Shown here: in pieces, positions 20,501-35,500 of the stretch
How positions within the stretch are numbered: position 1 is the stretch's first letter
Layout: every line of letters begins with the position of its first letter
Origin: a virus
IMG/VR virus record: IMGVR_UViG_3300007276_000038
Coordinates: 31,374 to 95,373 of that record
Direction: 5' to 3' (one strand)
Length of the DNA stretch: 64,000 nt
The notes under the pieces: generated by a model
The model's database searches: none
What the model was told of the DNA's origin: nothing
The model's input: only the letters and a program-made list of their open reading frames with translations
Program-made: the position numbers and the translations under genes

Positions 20501-23500
20501 GTGTTTGCTACTGCTACACTATCATCTACGCCAAATGTTACTGGTGCCGTAGCTCTCAAGAATCTGTTTTCTGCAACTCTTGAACCTGTTCTGTTACCAT
20601 TAACGTCTAGTTCTTCTCTAACATACTCTACACGTATAGTTTCTCCGCCTTGCACCGTGACCTGGTCAGGCCATGCTGAATTTATAACTACAGGAGTTAT
20701 AGTTTGTGGTGAGCGATCAAAGATTTCAATCTTAGGTGGACGACTCGCATCGTAGCCAGCGCCTTGATTCAATACTTCTATTGTTGCTATGCCACCTAAC
20801 TCATCCAATGACGTTACTTGTGCAGCGGCACCTATGCCAGGTGCGTTACCATCGCTATTAATAATAACTTGTAAGTTAGCAGGGTTAGTATAACCTGCGC
20901 CTGCGCTATCAATACAAATAACAGTTAATGGTCCTTTTTGGTTATTTACTGGCGTACCGCCAATTAAACGTAGTCTATCACCTATCCTATATCCTGAGCC
21001 GCCTGTTGTAAACGACGAGGTGTTAGTTTGTGAATACACAGGAGCGATTGACGGGAATGTCATTGTTACACTTCTATCTTCTGGTAGTAACGCTTGCACT
21101 GGTTGTCCATCTTCGATTGCAATATAGCGAGGTAATGTAAGTGTGCCACCTTGATCTAAGATTCCGTTTGTGCCACCACCGCTGGCTGCTGAGAACGAAC
21201 CGTCTACTGGACCAAACACGTACTGCTCTGTAATAGTTTCAGTTTCATTTTTCGCTTGCTCGAAGCCACGGTTAATGTGGAAGTCACCTACTTGCTTATA
21301 TCTTCCTCCAGCACAGCCGTTGCCTGCTGTCCAAGCTCTACCGTCACAACTTGAAAGAACAAGTTTTTCGCCTGCTTGTGAATTTCTAATTACAGCACTT
21401 AAACCAAAGTTGCCGCAGTTAATTTGTGTCTTGACATCTTGGAAACTAGTTCCTCGTATAATAACTTTACGACCGTTTAAGAACAGCTCGCTGTTTTCTT
21501 GTATGCCGAATAAGTCATCTTGGTTTAACGTTATACTAGGAGTAGGCCGTTTAACTGCTGCTACTGCTGTTGGGCCTGCTGCTACTGATCCGTCTATGTT
21601 AAAGTTCAACGGTGTAATTTCTATTACTGGTTGATTAACATAACGTATAGACGAATTATCAAATCGCGTAAACTGCGACGGCTCAAATGCTTGTCCTGTA
21701 ACTGTTTCAATCGGATCAACAGTTTGCGGAATCTCAGTACCTGGCTGGTCGAAAGCTGGCCCGTCAATAACATACGTTGTTCCTGCTGTTGTTCCACGGT
21801 TACCTGTAACGTTATTAATACGTTGCCCGTTAACATTATATGTTGAGCCAATACGTGTTGGGTTATAACGCAATGTAGTATTAAGCGTACTTGCATCACC
21901 TAAGTTACCTGCCCAAGGCTCACGTACTACTTGGTTAGATCTAATTAATGTTCTCGGTACGCGGCTAACTGTAGTAAGTCTCTTGCGTAGCGGAAGAACT
22001 TTTCCACCTGATACTCTCTGACTAGTTGCACTTACAAATCGCCCTGGTTCGATCTGGGCACTGTATCCGTAACTCTCTGGATTAACAATTTTACGGCTTG
22101 GCTTCTTGAACGATGTTGGGAAAAAGTTATACCCTGTCATGTTTTGCTGACCGTAACCAGAGAAGTTACCAAAAACAAAACCACCTAAGTTAATTCGTTC
22201 TCTTATTGCCGCCAAATCTATTTCGGTACCGTCTGCTGTAACGTATATATCCTGCGATGTGTCAGGTGCTGGTGCTGGTGCAGGTGCAGGTGCAGGTGCT
22301 GGTGCAGGTGCTGGTGCTGGATCGTCAAACAAGCCCGCGGCTGCTGCCGCTATAACTGCTGCTAAAGCGCCTGGCGCAATTTGGAAGTCAGGCGCAGCCG
22401 CGCCGTCAGTGCCTGGGGCTGGGTTAGATACAGGAGTATCTTCACCTCCGTTCTGAGCAGCACAAGCATCTTCATAGCCTCGAGGACATTCTCCGTATAC
22501 TTGCTGATAACACCTCAACTGGGTATCGCTAAATCCACCTGTGGATAACAGACCACCTTGTCCAGCAGCTACACAATCTATAAATGCTTGACGGCGTGGA
22601 TCTTCTTCCCTGGGTTCTGACGGGGTATCATTTGTTGTATCGTTAACTGTATCTGCGCCTCCGTCATTGCTGTCGCTACCGGTTGTTGGCGCTGGGTTAG
22701 ATCCTTCAACTACACACGTTCTTCCTGTGAATGTAAAGTAATTAGTTACAAAAGTAGGCACATCAAATTGGTAGCCGCCAAACAAGTTAGTGTTAAGTGT
22801 AGTAGACGTAGTTTCGCCTGTCGCCACTTTATACTTAAGATCAAAGAAGCCCCTGTCAGCACCCTCTGTTGTGTTACTTGCTATAATTCGAACAAAGTAA
22901 AACTTACCTTCTTCTAGATAAACGTTTGCGCCTGTTTCTGTAATATCATTTGCGTTAGACGTTGCTAGTGCAGCATTATCTCTATGGTATCTCTTATCAG
23001 CAAGGTATGCAGCTTTTGAACTAGGGTATCCTCCGTCTGGATATCCGTCTTCTTTAAAGTATTCTTCTGCTGCAAGATCATCTACACCGATACGATAGTC
23101 AACGCCATTAACTCTCTTATCAAAAGAACTAGATATCCAAACCCACAATGCATCATTAGCGCGTCCAACTAACTGATAGTTTCCAGTCACTGGCGCTCTA
23201 AAATAACCTTTCAATTCTACAGTAGAACATCTGCGAGGGAAGTCCTCAAAAAAGTCTAGGGTTCTAACACGAGTATTTAAATCGTTAACAACTGATGGCC
23301 AGTCTGCACCACGGTTTCTTACTCTGCTGTTAGGCGTAATGTTTATAAGATTAGTTTTGTTCGCATCCAATCCTTGATAACCAGTTACTGGTAACTTGTT
23401 GTATGGGAAATAAATATTATGGACATAGCCCCTTCCTATCTTTTCCCGTTCGCCGTAACCTATCCATCCGTTTGCATTATTATCAGTTGCAAACCAGCGT

Positions 23501-26500
23501 CGAAGCGTGGCGCCATCAGCGTATCCAACACTCGGACTGTTGCGCTCACCAGTAGAACAATCTGCTTCTTCACCCGAATCAATCACTAAGCGTATAGCAT
23601 AATTAATGTATAACAGCCAATCTTGTGCAGCTGAGCCAGCACCTTCTTTAACCATGATAACTACGTATTCACCTACTCCGCAGTTTACTTCACGTTGAAT
23701 AAATCCTACACCTTTAATACCTAGGTAGTCAGCTTCGTTATAATAAGAAATCCAGTTGTCGCCTAATACGCTAATCTTAGGTCCTGGTGTGTCTGGAGTA
23801 CCAGTAGTGTCTATCGTGAACTGTGTTTCTGCTAGGTTAGTATTTTCTACACCTAGTGCTGTTGATACGTCTTCTACTTCTTTACCTAAACCTAATGTTC
23901 TGTCAATATCATCAACACCGTACTGTCCTATTTGTGTTCCGTTGTTAGTTAAGAAATCACCGTTTGACTTTGTGTCAATTACTAGTCTTGCTTCTTCAAA
24001 CCATCCTTGCTCATCAAACGTATCACTTTCGGGATTGTAGGGAACATCGCTTTGGAATACAGCTATACCTATGCCGTTGTCTGCTGCCAGTGAATTAAAG
24101 AATATACGGAAAGGCTCAATTCCGGCTACCTGTGTTTGATAGTAATAGCCGCCAGTAGTGCCTGGTATAGGATTAGTTGCTGATCTTCCGTTTATAACTG
24201 ATGATGGGAAAGTTAAGTCAACGGTTGTACAACTACCATCTGCATTAGTGTTTTTAGCAGAGGTTGTTGGTATTGGGGTACACGGTCCTGGTAATCCTTC
24301 AAGTGCAGCACCGTTAATAATTGGGCCAATTTGTGTTACTGGAACAGTATCAACCCAATCATTGTTGTTAACTAGTTCGCCAGTTGATGTTACTACTGCG
24401 CCCGGCGCTACTTGATTTCCCACAGACAATTGAGCAGTTTCGTCTGGTGCTCCTGTGCTGCCGCCTGCCAACGATGATGGTGCAAATAAGTCCCATATAT
24501 TGCTGTCAGTTGTTGTTTGGAAATCTACATTATCTGCTACACTGTTGTTCCAATCTTTTCCGCCCCATCCTGTATCTGGTATAATACGTCTTGTAACAGC
24601 ATTAGGTGGTAGCTCTGTCAAGCGAATGTACTTCATTCGAGTTACAGTTCCTAAGTAGTCAGCATACACTGGCTGCGGAGTATTATTAGCATCTACATTA
24701 TTATAGTTAAAACGCACTAACTGATTAGTGTAAGTAAACGGTTCTGTCCAGAAACACGCAACAAATATTTCTTCAGGGCGTATGTTCTCATTAGACACAT
24801 CTTCGTCTGTTAGCTCGACGTATGTAGGTGGCGATGTAACAACACTATCAATAAGTGCATCATCTGTTTCTTCAAGTACGTTGCCATCTGCATCAAGGAA
24901 AGTACTAGTAGAAAAATTACCCTGCGGTGGGTACACACTAAACTTCTTATTGTATACGAATCTAGGTATAGGAGCGTTATACTCGTTTAAGAATGACGGG
25001 TACTCTTGTCCCAAATGATTGTCATTGGCTGTGTAATAACCCGAGCCGTATCCAAGAACGGAAGGATTACCGTTAACACCTGGAAGCGGTCCAGGACCGC
25101 TTGCTGTTGGTGCCCACTGACCTGGTGTTAATCCTGGTGTCCACATGAAGAAACTATTGTATCCAGGTTTAGATACTTCTATCATTGCTCTGCGACCCGA
25201 AGTATCTGACCCTATCTCTAAGCTAGGCAATCCTTCAAAGTTTCCTATCGGACTAGACCCGTTGCCGCTTGCTAATGCAAATGGTTCTGGCACCAACTGC
25301 TTACCTAGGTAGTTTGCTGGTTCAACTGTTGAAAGTTCTAATGCAGTCTGTGCAAAGTTCTTTATAATGTCGTCATTGTTTATAACTCTATCATTGCCGT
25401 CTAAGATTAAACCAATGTTGTTTCTGTAGTAATAATCAGTTGCTAGATATCCTAAGAAATCACTATACGCATTTACTGTCTGATAAAAGTCATGTCGTAT
25501 TGCCGGAGGGGAAACCCTGTCCAGTAGTGAATAGTAAATATCTAAATCATCATTTTGCACTGCTTGGTAAACTTCAAATACCATATCACTCGAAGGCTTT
25601 AATCTAAATGCAGGTACTGTTGCTGGATCACCTGTTGTAGTAAATGTTTTTTCTAGCAGCATGTTGTAAGTAGATTGCTTTCTCCCTGGCAAGAATACAG
25701 TGTTTGATCCTGTGCCTGGAATGTTAAGTAATACAAGTGCATTAGCTTCCTGTGTGTTAGATAGCAAATCAGCATCAACGTGCCCTTCAGGTGTTTTAAC
25801 TAAATCTGAATTTGTTTCTTGTTGGTCACTTAAATTAATAAGCACAGAATCCACTGCTCTGTACCGTTGTATTGTAGGATCCCATCTATACTCAATTAAC
25901 GATTCTTGATCTGTGTACACTAGTCCTTTGTAAGGTCCTCTAATATCAGGTCCTTTGTTAAACGTAGTATCTAATTCTTTTTCTTTACCGTTACTAATTT
26001 CAAGTGTCCCAGTAACCGGAATCTTATTATCTGACAGAAGATTAATTATTTCTTCTTCTTTTATATATGGCCCATAGTTACTGATCGCCGGTATAGTAGT
26101 TGGCATTCCCAACGGGTCATTTTGTATCGGTGCTTGTGGATCATTTAGCATCCCAAATCGTAGGCCAAAAGAATCTTGCTTCGTAAATAACTTACGCAGA
26201 TTCATCTGACGGTTAAGACTAGTAGTCATACCGTCTAAGTTATTGTAGCTATCTATAGCAATATTACGGCCATTCATTCGCGCTTTGTTGTGATCTAGCG
26301 TAGTAATAATTGGATAGCGATCGCTATTGCGTGGCTCTTGTCGCATTATAGTAATTTTAGTACTAACGTTAGCATCGCTTGATAATGCGTTTGCTGCAAC
26401 GTATGCTACATTATCAACTATGCTTATAAGTGATGCTGGGACAATTTCTGAATTACTATTATAAAATGCTACTGCATCGCTTAGTCTATAGCTATCAGCC

Positions 26501-29500
26501 ATCACTATTGTATTTGTTGCATTAGCTGCCGTAACATTACCCTCGTCGAATAAATTACTAACGTTTAAGTAAGCTGACTTTTCCTCATAGAAGTAATAGT
26601 CAATACCTGACTTAGACTGTACGCCGTCTATTGAAATAGTATTCGGTGTTATTGAGCTAATATTATATACTTTGTTGTAGTATAAAGGAACAGTAAAGTG
26701 TACCGCAATGCGTTTGCCGTTGTCTGCGTATGCTTGTGTAATACCGTGAGGACCAACAGTTTCAATTGTTATTCCGTCTCCGATAATGTTGCCTTGATTA
26801 AAATCAAAAGTGTACGGGCTGTTAATAACAAACGTATTCGCTGTCACTTGTTGTGCTTGGAAATCACCGCCGAACACATCAGTGTTTATACGAACAACCT
26901 CGCCTTCTATTACGTTGTGATCTGATGCAGTAACAATTGTTTTGTTTAGATGCAGAGCTGATACAGCGTCAGTTACCACTGTATTCGGTCTTGATATCTC
27001 AAACGATTCAGTTGTTACGTTACTTGCAATATAAAAATCTGCATTAGCCGGAGTATAATCAACATAGCTTACTACTGTATAAGAAGCGCCAAAGATATTA
27101 GATATTGTGTTGCTATCAAATTCTGGATCGCTGATTATGATTTTACCGTTTGCTTCGTCGATGGCATCGACATAATAACTTCTATTCGTTAACGAATAAA
27201 CTAAGTTAATTGTGTTAACTTCATTCGGACTCAGTGCATTAATATTTGCTGCTGCGTTAGCTAGCAGTAGTGGATCTGGTGATCCATTAAACAATATCAT
27301 TACATTGCCTACACCCTGGTCATTGATTAGGGTAGTAAGTTCTGTTAGTCCATTGTCTAGTATAGCTGTAGCTGTAGCCGCGTTGCCAGTAGTAGTATTT
27401 TCGATTGTTACTGTTGGCGCAGTAAGATAACCAGCACCTTTAGCAGTTACTTCGATAGCACCAATAACACCGTCAAGCACAGCTTCGGCAGTTGCGCTAG
27501 ATCCGTCGCCTATAATCTCTAGTGCTGGTGCTTCAAGTAGCCCACCCGGGCAAAATGCAACATCGACTATCACGTTACCGACAATTTTATCAACTGAAGC
27601 AAATGCTTGTGAGTTTGGATTCGGCGCACTTACTCCTGGAGCATCTATTGTAATTACAATATTGCTATCATCAGATCGGAAACCCGACCCTTGATCTGTT
27701 ATTGTAATTTTGTAAATTTCACCGGTATCAGCGTCTATATCTCCTGCATTTACTATTGCTGTGGCGCCTGATCCTGAACCACCGGTGATAGTAACACTCG
27801 GTGGACTAGAATCGTCATAACCTAATCCGCCGAAATCCATCTTCAGCGATAATATTCCGCCTAGGATGTGCGGATGAATATCTGAACCACCTGCGGCCGC
27901 GATATCAGTTGAAAGAACCCCGTTGATTAATAACGATGCAGTAGTCCAGTCACTTGTACTTGTTGTGGTGACTGAATCTATACATGCAACTATAATTGCT
28001 TCTGCTTCAGCGTCAAACTCAGCGCCTGCTGGGCTGCCAGTTAATGTTATATTAGGCGTAGATGTATAACCGTCGCCAGCAGTATCAATTGTGATAGAAG
28101 AAACAAACGTTGTATGTAACTCCATGTTATTCGGGCCATCAGTAGATACACTAGCATCATATGTGCTACTTGTTCCTATTCGGTCAACTAACTGTATAGC
28201 GTCACCTTCACCCACCGAACCTATTTGTCCAGACACTGTAACTATATCACTTAGATATTCTTCCGACGGAGTCAACAATAATCCTGACAACGGTGTTCCT
28301 GCGGTTGGTGCAGTGCTTTCGATATTAACAATGCGACTAGGGCCAATCTTAGCAATCCTAGCTTCGATCATTCTAGGTGCTTCAACTTCAGCTAATGTCA
28401 ATTGTTGCGAATCAACTATGTCTTCATTTCGCCAAATGACAACATTATCACTTATGTTTGCATTTCTTAAAGCTAAGTAATAATCTAAATAACGTCCTGT
28501 ACCTTCTTCACCAATCTGATTTGTGTCAAGGAAGTTAAACAAACTAACATCACTATATAACGACACTGTACCGGATAGATCTTTGTATAAAAATGTTTGC
28601 GAAGCATCAATGTCAGTAAGTTCATAAACGTTCCAGTCATCGCGTTCTGCTCTTGCTATGTGTATTAAATCACCTTCGCTTGGCTTAATTACAATGCTAT
28701 CATCATACAAGTCTGCTAAACTAGCTATATCAAATGCTTGGAAATTAATATTTCCGCTATCAACATATCCTGCATTTCTGACAGTAGGGTAACGTTGATC
28801 AGTAACACCAGTATGATCGACGCTATCTAGTGTTGGCCACAATGTGCTTTCTCTAAAGCCGGTTGGCTTTTTAAGAAAACGCTCAGAGTCATCGATGTCA
28901 ATTAATAATACGCCATCGTTGTCTGCATCTGGGGTAATAACAAAATTGCGTCTTGACGTTAACCTAGCTGCAATTCCTTCGTCACTGGTTACCTTGATTA
29001 CAATTGTAGCACCAGGAATGTCATCTTGGAGCCCTGAATCAAACTCCACTGTGGCACGTTCGATAACTTTTATTTGTGTATCGTTTGTAATTGCGTAATA
29101 AACTTCTCTATCTGTTTCATCGTATATAACGTCTAGTGGTGGATTATACTGTACAGTTAACGCTTCAGGCGGTAATAGACTCAAGTCAGTAAATTGTATA
29201 CTATTTTGTGTTAACGTATACACTTGCCCGGAAACGTTGCTCCATGTGTTGCCCACTGTTTCAGCATTTCCATCAGTATCATACCAGTTGTAAGTTGTAG
29301 TTGTATTTTTAATAAGTACGCCGTTGATATACACGTCAACAAACCTATAGTCGCCGTTTGCATCAATTGCATCTACGCCTGATATGTTATTTGCTTTTAA
29401 GTTAGTGTTAGCAAAAGTAAACACAGGATTAGTGTTAGCAATATCATACGTTACTTCTGCATTAGATTCGTTTATATTAACTTGTGTTCTAGGGTAAGTT

Positions 29501-32500
29501 ATAGCGTCAGGTAAATCAGAGATAGCTGTTACTGCGTAATCAGATATTAGCCCATCTTGTTCTATGACATTACCTGAGAAGTAAGTGTATTCATCTGTTA
29601 ACGTACCATCTACCCTAACTGTAATTTCTGATACATTCGCTGCATCGTTAATTAATATTTGTTCTTCTGTTGAGAACACAGGATATCGTTGCTGCGGCTG
29701 ATAGTTTCCTGCTACTAATAATACGTTACTGCCATCAACTACATCATAATCTGATCCACTCAGTATAAGTGTGTATCCTATAGCATTAGCATTACCGTTA
29801 ATATTATGTGTTGCTATCATTGTAGCATTTAAGTTGATGTTGGCGTTATTTACTGCGCTTTCTATTTGCTCTGGTGTTACGTTAGAATTAGCAGCTGGAC
29901 CTACATCAAAAGTAATGTTTGTATTACTAATGTTATCGGTTAGTTCAAATACTACGTTTGCATTGCCTAGTACAATATAATTACTTTCTCGAGCTGCGAT
30001 AGCCGGAGCCAGTATTGTTACACTATCTGTTAGCAACACATTAGCCACAACAACCCTTGCGCCTACTTCGCTAGCATAACCGCTACCCGAATTAGTTACT
30101 GTGATTGCTTGTATTTTATTGTCTGGACCTAATGTAGCAATAGCCGTTGCTTGCTCACCGCCAGGTTGCGGTGGTGCAATTTCGATTTCCGGGACCTCTA
30201 TGTAAGTATATCGAGCATCTAGTAAATCAATACGCTCTACTATGTTAGTTGTATCTTCTGGAAACGCTAGTGTTACAAGCTGAGGATCTTGTTGTAGGTC
30301 TTCTTTATCAAGTTTTAGTTCGATGCTTTGGAAATTCTCAGTATCACCGAAATCGCCAACTTTTAATGCCCATTCGTCAAATACACTTATGTTTCCTTCG
30401 GCAGCACTTGAGCTACGAGCAATTCGTGTTAAGCTAGAATTTGTGCCTTTGCTTTGTATTAGTCCTCGACTAAATTCTACTTGCTGGTCATTAAGAATAT
30501 CTAATTCTCTAAAGTATTCTTTATCTTCAAAGCCAAACAAGTTGCGAGCCGCTGTGTAAAGCTGCTTCTCTACTGGGATAAATCCAAATTCATGATATCG
30601 CCCTAGGCTTTCAGCTAAGTTATCTGGATTAGCTAACAGTTCATCGCCGTCGATAATGTAGCCTTCGCTTACAAATCTACCCGTCCAATTCTTTGTGCGC
30701 TTACCTTTAAGTTTAATTCTAGTCTGACGTTGATTTAAAACTGGATCAAACAATGTATCGTTAAAGTCTGTAATATTATCAAACGCAATAACGTGTTCTA
30801 ATTCTTTAACAAAAAGCATAACGCCATAAATTTGCACAGCTGGGTCAATAGGAACAATTTCAATAAAGTTATCTTCGCGAGTAATTTCACATTGACCTGG
30901 ATCAATGACTCCGCCTTCTTGATCAACTAAAGCAAACTGCTCTCTATCGCTACGATTAATTTTTGCTATGAAACCTTGTGGTGCTATAAACTTAGTCTTT
31001 GGTGCTAGCGGCGATAACTGTAATATGTTACCTGACTCCCATTTGCCTGTTGTCCAGAACAAGAACTGCTTTGCAGCGTATGCCCAGTTTCTTACATCAG
31101 CTATTGCCGAATCGTATACGCCAAAGACAAAACCTAGACTTTCGTGCTAGCGTCCCAACTCAATAAGGAAATTGTAAACATCTTGACTATTATCAAATCG
31201 TGTTTCGTAATCAACGCGCTTGATAATGCCTGTTGTGTCTAAGTATCGTGTTCCTTGTGCAGCACCAATTTGCGGAAGTGCAGGAAGCCTTGTCCATATT
31301 GCTGCATCAAACGATGCACCTGAACTAATATTTAACGGAGCTTCGTAGAATGCACCATTGCGTTCAACTATTGTGCCTCTATTATATGTTGTATTAGGTT
31401 CCCATACTCTGTAAGGACTAGCTGTACCGCCCACCCTAACACTTTCTCGTTGTCCTGAAATTTTACTTTCTAGTACATTAAAGTACGGCATAGTTGAATC
31501 ATAACCGCGAACAACATACTGCCCTTCTTCTAGTTCTATCACAACACCCGAATAAAAGTTACGTGACTTATACGGAGAGCTATGTAAAGATACATCAATA
31601 TTTTCTTGAGGTATGATTAAGCTAGATGCATTACCCGTCGAACTATATTGATCTGTTCTTGCTACTAATGTATCCTTGTCAATGTATCCGCTCATGCGGT
31701 GTGCTAGCTTAACATTTAGTGTTCTCATTTGCTCAGCAAACTCTGTTACTGTGTCGAGTCCTTGGAACTCAAGCCAGCTATGAATGAATTGACTGTAGCC
31801 TATGTTTGTTATAAAGTTGCTATTCTCGTCTAGGTCACCGTGTACAGCAAACTGATCTGGATCGCTAAACAACCAACGCTGCCCCGTATCAATATTAAAC
31901 AGTCTGCGCTTGTCAATTTGCGGACGGTATAACTTAGTTGGATCACTAAAGATTGTAGCAAAGCGTCCGGGCTTTGCAAGCAGTAGTGCTTCTGCTACTG
32001 CGAATGGGTAGCTTTCGCTGTAAGTCCATGCTTGTTCAACCGGAGCAAAGTCTCCAAATTTCCATGTGTCGCTTATACTTCCAGTTACAGATTGAGATAT
32101 ACTTGGCGTACTAGTAAGAACTGGCGTTGCATCTTCGTTAATGTATCCGTTGTTTACTACATTGTCAGTTTCACCAAATTGTACAAGTAACTTAGCGCGG
32201 ACACCTGTTCCATCCGGGTCAGTTACTATTGCTTCTGCGCTAGTGTAATTACGTCCGGTGTTTGTTATAATAACATTAGCAATTTCACCCAATTCATTAA
32301 TTTCTAGATCAGCAGTTGCACCTGTGCCAGTACCAGTGATAGTAACTATGCTATTAGCTGAGTATAAACCACCCTGATCTAAAATAACTATACTTGTTAC
32401 TTGATTAACTGCACTAGGTATGCTATAATAATTATGAGTATATTCGTTATCGGGGCCTGTTCCACCACCAATCTGATATGGGAACATAGGTTCGCCATCA

Positions 32501-35500
32501 TCGGTGATAGTTGATACATAAAAGTTTATCGGCTCGCCGTTTGAGTCAGGTGTGATACCGAAACGCATATTGTATTCGTTTGCTTGCCCGGGTAACATAG
32601 CGACATTAGCATCGTATTCGTAGTCTTCTACAAATATACCAGTAAATGCGCCCCCTGGGCCATCTGGCCTTGTTCCTTCACGCAACACAAATGAACTTTT
32701 AACGTTTGTAACGTTTGCATCTAGTATGCTACCGTTTGCAGCATATTCACTATAACCGTACGGTCCGTAAATTGGGAATCCATCAAACGCCACGCCTACT
32801 ATAGGACTATGTGTTACGTTTGACCATTCTTCTTGGTCTAAGATTCTAGGCTGAATAGTATGATAGTGTACTAGTCCGTCAGTTTCCTCTAAGTGTTCTT
32901 TTATACTGTCGCTAGACTTAACAACAAAATCATAATTCCAATCTCCTTCGCTATTAAAAGAATCACCGTTTGTTATGCTGTATAAAGGAAGGCCATTGAC
33001 AAGTATTGCTACTGCCCCTTCTTTTGGCTGTGCGCTAGGTATAGCACTTGATGCTAAATCTTTACGCGGAAGCACATAGCTAAGATCAGTCGCCAACACA
33101 GGGATGCCTAAATATTCTTGATATCCATCAACGATTGTTTCTTCTAGTTGGTCTAGGTCGTGGTTAACGATTGCCTTGCTTTGTACATAAACATTGTTTA
33201 AGTCGTAGCTAGTATTGATACCGTCGTTATTTAAGAAACTTGCTGCTATAATATCATTTGCATCTGCAAGCCCGGTGTTTTCGTTTGTGTACACAGTAGC
33301 AACTTCAGTAGACTCTGTGCTGAACAGATCATATACACTAATTAAGTTACCATCTGAGTCAACTGGGATAATAAAACTTAACCCCGGACGGCTATATAAG
33401 TTATCTATCAAGTAACGATCATTTGTAACGTTTTCTCTAGGACCCTGGCGGATGATTCCTTTTTCTATGTCCATCCACATTTTTTCATTTTCAGGCGTGT
33501 AAGTAATAAACGCAGTTTGTCTACCGATAATATCACTCGTAAACAATGCGTATTCAGTATCCCACCAGGCCGGCTTCTCAGTAAAACCAAGCATTTCCCA
33601 TGGATTAGTATGAGGGCGTATAGTGTCGTAGTAATATAGATAAACTCCTTTCCAATGTCCAGGAAGCTCAGGGCTTGGATTATAGTTCCAGGTCCAATCA
33701 TTATCAATATCGTAAAACTCATTGATTACAGGATCTACACTGTTTGCTGTTGTCCACAATGCAAATGCATGGCGCAACAAGTCATTAATTTCACTAGACC
33801 CATATCCAGTATCTCTGAATGCGCCTGGTTTAATGTTGTTGATATTGTATTCTGGTAAACTGTTAGCATCTCTAAATTCTTTTTTAGCTCCGGCGAATAT
33901 TCTCTTTTCAAATTCCAGGTATACTTCATCACGAAAGTCTCCTAGCGTAGGAGTGCGCGAGCCATCGTGTCCTACTATAACTTCCAAGGGTGTCTGGTAA
34001 GATTCATCAACAACAATCATTGGTTGTGTTAGAGGATACAAGCCAAGTGTACTTGGTGTAGGCGGGCACTGTGCGCTATCACGTTCTTGGTCATATAGCT
34101 TAACCGTAATCACATCACTTTGCTGTATGCCTACACTTGGCTGTACTTGAATAGTAATTGGGTTAAAGTTTGTAATTAAGTAGCCATTGCCAGCACACAA
34201 TAACTCAGTGTTATTTTTGTATACTAGCATACTATTTTCAATCTTATTAAGATCTAAGTAATTCGCTAGTACAAATGTATCTTGGCCAATTGCTACCGCA
34301 AAGTCTTCTTGTATAAAGTTGTCACCAAAAGGAATTGTGTAGGTTCTGTTAAATACATTTTTACCTACTTTGTAGCTTATTACATTTTTAAGAACAATTT
34401 CTAAAACAGTTTCAAGAGTCTGCCCTTCTATGAAGTTAGTAGAATAGTGTCTATCAATTTCTGCGCGAACACGGTTTTTGTACTTAGTATACTCTTGTGC
34501 ATTGAAGCGTATTGCGTCTATTAGGTTGTGTGCTTGATCATCTAATAGAAACGTACCAAGTATAACGTCTTGATTTGTTTGTATAATATCAGTAGCAAAC
34601 TGAGGATCTTTTACTGTGTTGCTAAAGTTGTTAGCACTTAGACTGTCACCCTCGAAGCCGACTTGCTGTTCCATGTATGTGCTAAAATGCGTTAAAAATT
34701 CTGGTTCACTAGTATATGCAATTTCTGCGTTCTCTGGATTGTGATCCCAACCGATCGGAAGTTCAAACTTACTAATAGTTCCTATTGATATTAATCCGTC
34801 TGGGCTATATGTATCAATCTCTACAAAATCGCCTGCGTTCAGCACTGTGTCGTTAAAATTAATATATGTCGCTAGTGTAGTTCCATAAGTAAATTCTAGC
34901 GTCTCCACACCATTAACTCTAACTCGAATATCAAACCCCGAATTCTTAGTAACGTCTTGTTGCGGTATGCAGCCAATAAAGAAGTCTCGGCGGTTTCTGT
35001 CAACATCGAGTTGAGTAATATCGTATGTTGTATAAATGCGCTGCACTGACGGAGTATCAACTATTTTCCAATAGCTATGGTACTCTGGTACTGCCTTACT
35101 TAACTTGTAATAGTAGTAGCCTATAATAGGTGTTGTTTCTGCTGCACCAAATGCCTGATATTCATATGTCTCTGAATACTGGTAGTTTTCAAATACTATT
35201 TCACTGCTTGCTTTAAACTGTCTATAAACTACAGGAAAACCTAATGCTACATCGTCTACTAAACCTTGCGCGATGTCAGTTGAACCTGGCGGCACCTCAG
35301 TTGCGTAGCCAAAAATCTTGCTGCCTGCAAAAGTACTATTCGGGTATACACCTTCATCAGTTAAAGGTATACCATTTGTATCGTATAAGTGAAATAACGG
35401 TGCTTGGTTTACTTCTAACTTTTCTTGAGGTGAACTCCATTCTGCGCCTGACCACAAAAACTCTCTACCTGAATTATCTACGCCAAATTCAATTTGTATT

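Noticed and set aside
22264-22320. Hexamer repeat as a phase-variation switch
   Set aside because: Unit is a multiple of 3 with synonymous variation; changes would only alter linker length
14560-31062. 5500-aa ORF as an independent gene starting at TTG 31062
   Set aside because: No SD or promoter; in frame with the upstream ORF across a single stop
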